Assembly (NCBI RefSeq): GCF_009914755.1
Contig: NC_060934.1
Direction: 5' to 3' (one strand)
DNA: 64,000 bases
Source: the human T2T-CHM13v2.0 reference genome, Homo sapiens
Positions 41,192-52,920 of this stretch are shown here, piece after piece (positions within the stretch are counted from its first letter, which is position 1; each line of letters begins with the position of its first letter). Below the pieces are notes generated by a model, which was not told where the DNA came from, did no database searches, and saw only the letters and a list, made by a program, of their open reading frames with translations. Made by a program: the position numbers and the translations under genes.

Positions 41192-42939
41192 ATTTGACTC
41201 CAAGACTCCTACTTCATAGAGTATTTCACAGGATTAGTGCTTTTCAGAATCTACCTTGGGAATTTCAGCAATTCAGACTTGGACAGAATATTAGTTCTGA
41301 TAACCAGGAATGATTTGGGTACGTTCAATCATTCCAGTTTTTTCAGAATATTAGTTTTGATAGCCAGGAAGAAAAGTGTTAAATTTTTACACTAACTCTA
41401 GGATGTGAGATGTGCTCATCTTGGCTATTCTAAATGACTAGAATTCTTAGTTCAAAAAGATATTTTAATAGAAAACCCTTGCCATGAGGGTAGCGTAGGT
41501 GACACTACCCAAAAGGAGCATGTAAATCAAATTTAATGATGATTTTTCCATTTTATAATAGGGATTAGGGTTACAAGGAGATCACAGCTCTCTGAATCCA
41601 ATTAGGACTAATAAAATGCATGCTTTGAGCTTACAAATGAATTGATTTAGAGAGGAAATAATTATAATAATAAGCATGATATTTGGCACTATGATTACAT
41701 ATTAGGTTATTCAGATTATTAAAATCTTTCTTATTTTCAAAACTGAATGTACATAGTTTTGCACAATGCAATGAAGTTTATGGAGTCTGAAGTATATTAT
41801 ACTTTCTTTTGAGACACTGATGGAAGGAAAGAATTGTAAACAAGATAAGGGCTCGAGGTTAGGATAAAGAAAAAAATTAGACCTTATTAGAGATAACTGT
41901 GTTATTAATGAACTTTTATAACAGACTATAGCAAATATTATCTGGGGAAAGAACAAAACATGATTGATCAGACCAAATTTCTGAGAACTCTATTAATTTG
42001 AGAAGCCTGTGAGTGAGTATGCTTATCCAATGAAGCTTAGTTTGATTTTGATCCCATTACTGCCCCCTTGCTATCAAATTTAACACTTAATGTTCTTTTT
42101 GTAAGTGATAGGAGATGAAGAGGTGGTAAGGTCCAAGAAAGTACACCTTTTTGCAGGCACCAGTACCATGTCCAGCTCTTCTCAACCAGGGTTTTAGGAG
42201 AGAATTGAAGCACGATGCTCTCAGGAATCTATTATAAGCAATGAATTAACTTCCCTCCTATGCATCTAAAGTGATACTAGCTATGTCTCATCCTTGGGAT
42301 AATTGAGAAAATAGTCATTTGATAATTTTCTGTTGGCCTAGTTCTCTAGTGGAAACATTTTAAGCAGAGGCTATTTTGGACCACTGATCACAAAACACCT
42401 GTCAATGAGAGTTTTAAAAATTCTTGCATGCTGTCTTCACTGATTTGGATTCCATTGATCAGGAATGGGATTCAGCAGTATGTGTTATAAAAATCTCTCT
42501 AGATATTTCTGATATAACCAAAGTCTGGGAACGACCGCTCCAAATATAGAATACTGGTAGCCAAGATGCTTTATGAGACAAATGTTCCATGGCCTACAGT
42601 GCACCAGTTGGGGACTTACAATGACATTGATGTATTAAAGAATCTCAATTGTCCTAGAGTTACTACACAGTTATCCCAGGTTTCTGAAACTTATTTCAAG
42701 ATGGAAAACGTTTTTGCTGGATACTTGTAATTATCTTGTGGAACCAGAGTGCCACAGAAGCACTTTGGGAAATGAGGCTAGAGAATGGCTGTTGGCATCC
42801 GAGAATGCAGGCTTCAGCAGGGTCTTCTGCAGCCAATTTCCACACAACCTCCCTGCTCTGTCACCTTTAGAAACACATCCTTTTGGGTCTTAGAAGTTTT
42901 TCATTTCAAGAGTCCCTTGTTTTTCAAACAGTAAACTGA

Positions 42940-43380
42940 CTTTGTTGATTACACCAAAATAAACTCCAGATGTATTAACATTTTAAATGTTACGTTTAAG
43001 TTCATAAAATTAAAAGAAGAAAAAAATAAAGTTTTCTTCATTCATGGAGTGGAGATAACCTTCCTAGATAAGACACAGAGTCTAGAAGCCATTAAGAAAA
43101 GGTTGATAAATTTTATTACCTAAAATGTAATACTTCTGTATAGCAATTATGATTAAATATATGACATATATAAAAATACATAATCTCAATATAAACAAAA
43201 TAACACAATGGTAAGCTGAGGAAAACATTTGTAATATATATGCTAGGCAAGGGATGATTTCTTTAACATGTGAAGGATTCCTAATCAGTAAGAAATGACA
43301 GGCAAGCTAAGAGCAAATATGCATATGAACCAACAGTTCACAGAGTAACAACTACAGATTCTTAATAATTACTTGAAAAG
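42940..43380 (+). mobile_element. Old L1M ORF2 fragment
   Basis: acaccaaaataaactccagatgtattaa...agaagccattaagaaaaggttgataaatttta. Confidence 0.65.
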
Positions 43381-43399
43381 AGGGGGCCAGATATGGTCC

Positions 43400-43780
43400 A
43401 GTCAAGGACCTGTGTGATTACCATTCCCTCTGCCTAAACTGTCCCTTCCCCAGATTTTCTTTTGGCTCTCAGGCTGACCTGTGAAGCCTTTGGGTCAGTG
43501 TCACTTTCTCAGGAGGCCTTCCCTGCTTCACACTGCACACTCGGCATTCCCCATTTCCTTTCCTTGCTTTACTTCTCTTCATAGAATGTATCACCATCGG
43601 ATGTACCATATATTTTCTTATTTATCTGGTTATTGTTCATTTATCACCATTAGAAGACAAGGTCTATGAAGGCAGGGAATATGGTGCTGACTGCTATAGC
43701 CTTCACACTTAGACCCATACCTGGCATATAGTAGGAATTTGACAAATATTTGCTGAATGAAAAAATGAATAAATAATAAG
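43400..43780 (+). mobile_element. L2 3' end
   Basis: cagtgtcactttctcaggaggccttccctg...cctggcatatagtaggaatttgacaaatatttgctgaatgaa. Confidence 0.8.
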
Positions 43781-44327
43781 ATGCTCAAGTTGGTCATAAT
43801 TAAAGAAATGCAAGTCCAAACAACCATTTTGACTCAGTAATGATTGACAAACTTGTCAATAATCAGTCAAAATGTTTTAATCCCTCCCTATATGTTAAAG
43901 CCTATACTAGCGGTTTTATTTTTAGAACTCCAGAACCAAACTCTTCATCTTTGCCCCCACACCTGATTGTGTGATTCGCCTACTAGACTGATGATGTCAC
44001 TGTCTTTCTAATCCTTGACTCCTCTTTCTTCCTTTTGGTTGACTCATCTGGATGACTGAAATAACTTCTTTGGTTCCCCTACCTACAGCTTTGATCAGTG
44101 CCATGCTAATCTGAAACATAGCTGAAACTAATCTGAATCATAGCTCTGCACCTGCCACTCCCCTGTCCAGAAGCCTCTGTGGTCTGTTCCTCACCATAGT
44201 TGTCTAGGTTTTCCATGATCCAGTCAAACCTCCCTGCAGGCTACCCTGCTAGATATGCACAGCCCAGTTCCAGAATCCTAAATATACCCAGAGCTTTGTT
44301 CCTTTGTAGTTGTTCTGTGTTCTTTAA

Positions 44328-45406
44328 TGTGATGGTGCAGCTACAGGAGAGGCTCTGGAAACAAAGTTTATTATGCTCACAGGCCCTAAAAATAGGAGGC
44401 ATGCTACATCACTCAAAGTCATTTGAGGAACACCAGGTTCTGGTCAAGAGGTAGAAGACAGGAGCAAGAGGAAGGCAGGCTAGAGCTTTTACTGGGGTTT
44501 CTGCGGGAAAGGCAAGGCTGGGCAGGGCAAACAGTTTAGGATTGGCGAGTTTGAATCATTTCATGGGGCTCTAAGCTATAGGGATGGTCCTTAGGTGCCT
44601 GATATCCAGCCCTGGGATGATTAAGTTAGAGGAATGTCACCTCCTGGGGTGTACTGGCCAGATAGAAGTGTGGCTCTAGATGATTAGTTTACACATCAAA
44701 GGTGAGCAACCCACTGAGAGCACTTTGCCAACTCTAAGAATTGGCTAGCTCTGGGAGGGGCAGAGTCTTCTCTCCAGCCAGCAAGGTTTGTAAAATGTCA
44801 AGACATCGTAATAACAGTCATGACCTTTCTGTCAATAATGGACCACATATATGACAATGGTCCCATAAGGTTATAATGGAGCATAAAAATTCCTATCGCT
44901 TAGTGAAGTTGTAGCTGTCCTAACATCCTAGCGCAACACGTTACTCACATGTTTGTGGTGATGGTTAATAAATGACTATGTTACTGGCTTATGCTTTTTC
45001 TATACTATTTATCATTATTTTAGAGTGTACTCCTTCTACAGTCACATGACACATGATGATATTTTGGTCAACAATGGACCTCATCTATGATGGCGGTCCC
45101 ATGAGATTATAATACCATATTTTTACTGTACCTTTAGTATGTTTAGATACACAAATACTTAGCATTGTGTTACAACCACCTACGGTATCCAGTATAGTAA
45201 CATGCTGTACAGGTTTGCAGCATAGGAGCAATAGGCTATACCACATACCCTAGGAATGTAGCAGGCTATGCCAGCTAGGTGTGTGTGAGTACACTCTATT
45301 TTGTTAGCACAGCAACAAAATCACCTAAAGATGCATTTCTTGGAATGTATCCCTGTTGTTTAAGGATGCGTGACTTACACAGAAAAGGAAAAATATAAGC
45401 AATACA
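44328..45406 (-). mobile_element. MER76-like ERVL LTR interrupted by Tigger3 sequences
   Basis: ctctaagaattggctagctctgggaggggcag..tcttc...ccagcaaggtttgtaaaatgtcaag before 44815; the LTR terminus resumes after 45375 (cagaaaaggaaaaatataagcaataca). Confidence 0.65.
44815..45375 (-). mobile_element. Tigger3-family end fragment (44815-45038) followed by complete Tigger3a/MER7A (45039-45375)
   Basis: Two successive cagtca... termini, each followed by aatggacc.cat.tatga...ggtcccat; one opposite terminus gtatccctgttgtttaaggatgcgtgact. Confidence 0.75.
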
Positions 45407-46103
45407 GTAGTTCTGTGTATGCTGTTGTAGAAAGAAAATCTTTTGCCAAATATACCCCTTAACACTTGGTCATTTCTCTTTTAGGTCTGCTTGGTACTTG
45501 CGTATTTGCATTGCTTCACGGTGTTACCCTGGAGGAATGTTGGCCTGCTAATCACCCCTTATGTTGCTAATGTCTTGAGTCTATGAAATAAGGACAGAAA
45601 TGGCTGCTATCCCTGTGTTAACAGGCTTGTAGGTGCTAGAAGGTGACTCCTGCACTGGGGATCTTCTCTGTTTCTGTTGTTGCAGTAGGTGCCAGTGCTA
45701 TAGATCACAACTGCTTGCCTCTTGCAGAAGTGTTCTGAGTTGCCAAGAAATTAGCCATGGGAAACTTGGACACAGAGGAAAATTCCATATTCACTTTATT
45801 TGAACATCACAGAAGCCAATATGATTGGAAAACCAAGAGTGGCGTAGGAACTTTGTAGCCTCAACCGCAGGTTTAGTTAGAGAACCAGTTTTTGTATCAT
45901 TTTTTACCTTGCTTGCTATAGTGTTGATCCTACGTGATTAATTCCCTGCGTGTCAGGACACAAATATTATGATATTTACCTTAGAGTACTATTGTGAGGT
46001 TGGAAATATTAGATTTTTAAAAGACTTCTGGGATGTAGATGTGTACTCAAAACACATGCTGGACCTCATGCCCTATCTTTCCAGCCCAATATTAGAGAGG
46101 CCT

Positions 46104-46480
46104 TGATATGGTTTGGCTGTGTCTCCACCCAAATCTCATCTTGAATTGTAGTTCCCATAATCCCCACATGTTGTGGGAGGGACCTGGTGGGATGAAATTG
46201 AATCATGGGGGTCATTTCCCCCATGCTATTCTCATGATAGTGAGTGAGCTCTCACAAGATCTGATGGTTTTATAAGGGGCCTCCCCCTTCAGTTGGCTCT
46301 CAATCTTCTCCTTCCTGCTGCCATGTGAAGAAGGATGTGTTTGCTTCCCCTTCAGCCATGATTGTAAGTTTCCTGAGGCCTCCCAGCCCTGTGGAACTGT
46401 GAGTCAATTAAACCTCTTTTCTTTAAAAATTAACCAGTCTTGGGCAGTTCTTTACAGCAGCATGAGAGCGGACTAATACA
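46104..46480 (+). mobile_element. THE1 (C/D-like) MaLR solo LTR
   Basis: tgatatggtttggctgtgtc.ccacccaaatctcatcttgaattgtagttccc...gactaataca; decayed TSD ggcct/ggtcc. Confidence 0.9.
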
Positions 46481-46667
46481 GGTCCATAGAGGAGCTCCTT
46501 CTAGGGCACACTGAGGCATCTAAGGCTGGAGGGGGGCATCTAGGGTTGGTGGGGTGAAACCCATTCAATTAACAACCCCATACTGAGTAAAAATCCCACT
46601 TGACACTGAATGTGGCTTGTCACTCTAGACTCCTTCCCTAGATATGTTCTTTTTCAGGGGCTCTCCC

Positions 46668-46882
46668 AGTGGTATGCTAGTAAATATTTAACAGCTCGCT
46701 TGGGAGAGGGGAGAAGTGGGGGTGATGTAGACTGATTTATAGCATTTACTGCTTTTCTTGGGATAAATGCTTACACTGTGGCCAATTTCAGGCTATCAGT
46801 GTGCAGTCACTAAACAGAGTTGGAATGAGAGGCACGCAGTAGGCACTCGCTAGCTGATGGGAGCTGGCTCTAGCACACCTCT
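46668..46882. mobile_element. MER63-like hAT MITE
   Basis: Termini cagtggtatgctag and ctagcacacctctg. Confidence 0.6.
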
Positions 46883-48073
46883 GAGTTCTTCATCTCCTTG
46901 TGCCTTTGGCCTCTATCTCCAACTAGATAAGCCAATGTGTGCCAACGTTAGTTCTGGACAGGGTTTTAGTTCTCCATGGGAGCTTCCCAGCCTCCATTTA
47001 AACCAGGGATGCATAGAGAAAGAAGTGGGAATGGTTGTCATTGTTGCATCTTATGCATGTCTAATAGTGTATGCCCTAATCTCAGCCTTGACGTCTCAGA
47101 GATGTTCTGTTTCACATATTGTTGGTGTTGACTAAGTAATCACTGATTGCTGTTTGGCACTTGGCCTTGAGGATCTCAAAGTGGTTTTCATTATATTAAA
47201 AAACAGAATTACTATAAGCATAGCTGCAATTTAAAGAGGTTGTTTGCAATAAACTTCCTTCAGAATTGCGAAGACTTTACACAATGCTTAACTCTAAGCA
47301 GAACTAGATTTTGACCTTGAACATAGACTAGAAGATGAATAAATGTACTTAACTGTTATGTGAGATTGGGGGCAGGAGGAGTAGACTGTGTTTGCAATTA
47401 TTGAGAGAGATGGTGTTGTTGCTGTAGGGGATGGATATCCTTACTTATCTTAGTTTTGCACAGTTCAATTTATTGGGAACATAGTACCACCAAATGTCAT
47501 TTATTCTAACTTCTTGGGCAATTTCAGTAATTGAAACGTATTATTTAATAAGGGGAGAAATTAGCTTTTTTCCTTCTGATAGGTATTGGGTTATTATCTC
47601 TCTTTTGCCCATCAAAAACTAAGACAGACTGAAGCTAGATGTTTTGCCTACCACTAGGAGTCACAATTGGAAGTGGTGAAAAGTTAAAGCTCAGATCTTC
47701 TTGCACTAGCGTTACTCACCAAAGAAACTTATTCAGGTTCAATCCTAGCATAAAATTATCCCAAATACCAGAAACGGTGACAGTTAACATAAAAATAATA
47801 AAATTAGAATGATATTCTATATGCAGGGTTTATATGAATCTTGTCATTAACATTGTTAGTAACATTGTACTGGTCTATCATGTGAATGTACTATAATTGA
47901 TCCAACTAATAATTTAACATAAGCATGATTTCACTATAATAATAAGAATTTGAAGAACATCCTTGTACCTAAATCTAACTCTTTGGTTATTTGCTTAGGA
48001 TGTAATTACAGATACAAAGTTGTTAGATCAAAAAGTAAAGACATTTTTAAAGGTTCTAATTTTATAGACCTAA

Positions 48074-48299
<226 letters not shown>

Positions 48300-51200
48300 T
48301 GGAAAAGGTTTTATCACATTGAATTTCTATGAGATTCCCATCTTCCTAAAAAGGGGAGGGTGAAAACCTTCCTTATTTGAAGTTTAATAACATAATAAAA
48401 ATAGAATGGAATGGACCCTTGTGAGGTTTTAAACTTAATCTGCCATAAAACTCCAACCCTGGAGAAAACAGGAAATGGTATTTTGGTGACAACTTTTGTA
48501 AACAATCATTCCTCAGCCATCATCAAAATGCAAGCTGCCAAAACAGGAAGGAGAAAGAGACGAAAGAGACATTGGCTATGTTTCCAGCCTATGCAAATGC
48601 TTAGCTAACCTGGATAGCTTGCTGGGTGGAATTTCTTTCGTTATTTTTCTTTCTGCTGAACACCAAACATAAGGTACCTGACAAACAAGATGTAATATGA
48701 CAAATAAGGTGTGTCTTTAGGTGTATTCCTGAATGAGTGGCCATCACACCGATCTTCAAGGAGGTTGTAATAAGGATTAAGAATCTAATACTATCATTTT
48801 GTGGCTGTTTATATCTGTCATGCATGGTATAATTATAGTGTTTCCCTTTCAAATGGCTCTTAATGTGTTTAGCCAAAGGGGAAAACCAAAGCAGTTGGTA
48901 AAAGTCAAATGCTTCACCATCTGTCTCTATCACATTTCCCTGGTTGTAGTTCCAGCAGCCCTGCCTGGGAGGACTAACTTCTTTTTACAAATAGGTCAAA
49001 TCTATTAATTTTGGCCAACAGCCCTAGAAGTAAAGAAACACAGTGGCTTTCTCCCCCCTGCTCTTTCTTCCTACTTAAGAAATTCTTATCAAATAATAAT
49101 GCTAATAGTAAAAACAGTACTTCTCTTGAGGGTCCTTCCAGAATTGTCTATGCAGAAACAAAGTTATGTGTATATAAATATAAACACTTAACAAACTCAC
49201 ACAGAATCATCCTACATACATGCATCCTGTTCTTGTTTCGCTTCATATCATATCCTGAACATTTGCTTATATCAATAAGTAGAGATCTTTCCTCTTATTT
49301 TTTTAACAGCAACATAGTCTATGCTGTTAATAGTCTAATGCATAGTCTAATGCATCTTTTTTGACCAGTCTCCTACTGATGGGTCTACCCTATTTTTGAT
49401 GGTTCCAACCAATGCCACGATGCAGATCTCAGTATATTTCTGGGAGTGAATGTTTATGATGAGCCTCTAGGCAAAAGGGTTTGCACAACAAAATAATCTT
49501 TTGTTGACAAAGACAAAGCAAGACAGAGGATGAGCTTCTGGATATAAGAATAGGATAAGAATGGGTATTATTTTAAGAAGGATTTTCCTAAAAACAGCCA
49601 TCTGATAAGTTCTCCAGTCTGCCATTTTAAGTAGAGAGGTTTAAATAGCATTTGGGTTTTTGTTTGTTTGTTTGTTTGCCTTTTTTTTTTTAAAGTACCC
49701 AATGCAAATAGAAACTCCAATAGTGATATTGAGATCCAAAACTGACAAAGGCAGGGTTTGGTATTGAAAGAAGAATGAGAGACCTGAGGTAACTTACAGT
49801 TGGTCACAAAAACATACTGTGAGCATGGGCAAATCACTTTTTGGGATCCCAGCTTTCACATCTGTAAAAATAAAGTGTTGGAAGATGTTTAAGCTATTTT
49901 TTAGTCTGGTTTACTGTGATTTGTCTGCCACTTGAGACTTCCAGCAGTATTGTTCATGAGTGGATGCAGGTTAAACCTGCAAGCCGTGGCCCTGTGAACA
50001 TGGGCTCTGGAGGTGAGGGGTCCAGCCTTTGTCCGGATTAGCATTGCTGGGAGCTGAGGGGCAAATAAGATATTTTAGGAGAGCAGTTTTTAGGAGAACA
50101 GTTTCTTGTTTCCCATATTGTCTCCATCATTTGGTCCCAGACATTTTACTCATGTGCTTCAGAAGTAATTTGAGCCAATACTTTGTTAATTCAACCCTGA
50201 ATTCAATCTTCCATAGCAGGAAGCAACCTTAGGAATGACAGCAGGTCAGGGCTGCTCCTATAGTTTGAGGGACTTCTGTTTTTCTGTCTTGGAGTCTGAT
50301 TTCCAGGAAGAATTTCACTGAAATGGGTACCTTAGTATTTACAAACCTAGCACAGATGGATTGACCATTGACATTTCCTGGGTTCTTTTTCTAAGCCCCT
50401 TACTTAAACAATTAATACCTTGAAATCTTTTAAAAGACCACTGCCTTTTAAGACCATTGTGAGTATATTAATACCTCCATATTTTCAGTTTAGCCTGATG
50501 TTGGGTAAAATGTAAATGCACAACAAATGATAGCAACTATTACCATTATTATAATGACAGAAGACGGGCAATTTTGCAAGAGCCAATTAGGATAAGTATC
50601 AGGCCCTAAAAGATTTCCAAATATATCAGTAAGATTGATGAAAATCAGGAAGAAGACCACTTCTTTATCTCAAATAATATGAAAAAGTTTCAGTCCCCAG
50701 AATATTCTCTTCAAAGCCCTAAAATGTACATGGAGATCTTTCCCAGTAAACCCAAATTAGGCATTAACTCCTCTCACTTTTCATTTATCATGAGATTTAA
50801 CAAACTTAAGGATTTGTCCACAGCAAAACCACTCCACACTTTGGGTTTTCCCTAAAAACTCAGATTATCAGGGAAATCAAACCAAAAGGAACTTCAAATT
50901 CATCCTAGATCATGGACTGTTCCTTGTAGAACCTACTGCTTGATATGAAGTTTGATTTGGATTTGTTTGAACAGGAATAAAAACTGAGGTAAAGGAAAGG
51001 CTACAATAACTCCAATAGAAGTAATGAGTTACTAAACAGTTTAATGAGTTTTGGAGGCCCCTGAAATTTGGGTTCCTGAAATGAATTCTCTCAGACAGTA
51101 GACAAATGACTCACCAACTTTGGCCATCGAGGCGGGCTGAGTCATCTAAAGTCAGCTGAATCACCTGCTTTCAGCTCTGTTTTATAAGAATTGGGGCTGG

Positions 51201-51847
51201 CTGGATATTTCTGTCCCTCTGATTGCAAGTATTAAGCATTTAAAAAAACAGAGAATATGATGTCCTTCTTAGGAAAACCACACAAATTGCTCATGCACAG
51301 ATGGACTGCATTAGTGAAAACAGATTAGTAATTGCTTTTAGTTCCTGAAGATGAAAAAGTGGCTCTGAACACCTACCTCGCTGGATTCTTTACTCACCAG
51401 ATAAACCAAGTGATACTTGATGACGATCCAGATTTGGATTTAAGAAGCAGAAGGTCAACTCCACAGAGCTCCAAGTCAGGTTGAGAGCATCCTGAGATGG
51501 CATCGGTAGAGCTTGCCTTTAAATCCTGGACCCCAATCCAGGCCAAACACACATTATGATTGGAGTTAAAAAAAATGTTTTCACAACAAGGAAATATTGA
51601 AATAAGTCAGCTAACATTTTCATTTGGAAATACAGAGGAAGTTAAGGCGTTTTGGGGGTGCTTAGTTTCCTTGTGTGTATTTTTATAGTTTTTTAGTGGG
51701 ATGGAGATTTAGTGGAGGCAGGCTGGTACAAGGGAAAGAATCCAGGTCCAGGAACTGAAGATTCTTAGTGAGCTGTGTGACCCAGATGTACTTTCAGGGC
51801 TTTCTCAGACTTAGTTTCTTCTGCTAGTAAATGAAAATGTGTGTGTT

Positions 51848-52027
51848 AGTGTTTCCTAAACCTGCTTGAACATAAGGATCACCTGGGGCACGTGTTAAAA
51901 AAATCTGAATGCACTTGGCCTCACCCAAACCTGTCGGAATCCGAATCAGCAGGGTGAGGCCTGATAATTGATATTTTAACCAGCACCTTGGGTGATTTTT
52001 TTGTTCAGACAAGTTTGGGAAACATTG
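51848..52027. mobile_element. MER5-type hAT MITE
   Basis: agtgtttcctaaacctgc...atcacctgggg...ttttaaccagcaccttgggtgatt...aagtttgggaaacattg terminal inverted repeats. Confidence 0.75.
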
Positions 52028-52689
52028 AATTAGATAATCAGTAAGATATGCTTCGGGTCTAAGATTGCTCAGTGGTGCTTCAACACAGCAAACCTTATTT
52101 TTTTTTTCTCCCTGTAAATTGGAGAAACAACAATCAAATGAAAAACAAATCAACTGATGGGTGGAGAGGTTTTGGTGGGGCTAATGTGCAACTTTATCAC
52201 AATGCTTACAAACGTTTGTGGGTATACTTAACCTCAGGTGCTCAAGGACTGTGTGTTGTCCCTGCTCTAAATTGATACTTCCTCTTAGGAAGGGCCTGAA
52301 CAATTCATTCATCCTAGAATGAAGAGCCTTCTTGCATTTTCTCTCTGGCATATTAATATAATTAGATGTCGGTGGGACTGAGACTAGCAGGGAAAGCACT
52401 GAAAGCAGTCAATGACTTTACCTACTTGGAAGACTGCACGGAACCGGCTCCACTTGAAGTAGGAAAGCCTGCCTCAGAAGGACAGTGAAATAGGACATTT
52501 CTCCCCTAAGCAAGGAAGTATACTGGAAATCAGAACAAAATTAGTGTTGTCATTGCAGAGTGCAAGCTCTGGGCAGCCTCCTTAAGCTGTTTTAATCTCT
52601 TCTCACAAAGTCATCTGCTAACAAGGGACATTAGAATAACCTCATTCAGAAGAGTGAAAACTCATCAATCATACATTTCTTCTTTTAGT

Positions 52690-52920
52690 ATTCAGTATTA
52701 TTTATTGAGGAAACTTATTTATTCATGTCTTCAACATTACTTCTTGAATCCTCCCATGCATCAGACACTGTTTCAGACCCTCTGGATACAGCAATGAACA
52801 AGATGGGTTCCTGAATGCATGGAGCTTGAATTCCAGAAGCAGAGATAGACAATAAAATCTGACAAATAAATAAATCCATTTCAGAGGGTGGAAAGGGGTA
52901 TTTTGGAAACTAAATAGAGA
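52690..52920 (-). mobile_element. L2 3' fragment
   Basis: tatttattgag...cagacactgtt...ggatacagcaatgaacaaga...atggagctt. Confidence 0.7.

Noticed and set aside
41069-41370. Repeat-spacer pattern as a CRISPR-like array
   Set aside because: Only two copies of each unit, the two units are unrelated, and the context is primate intronic DNA with no cas genes.
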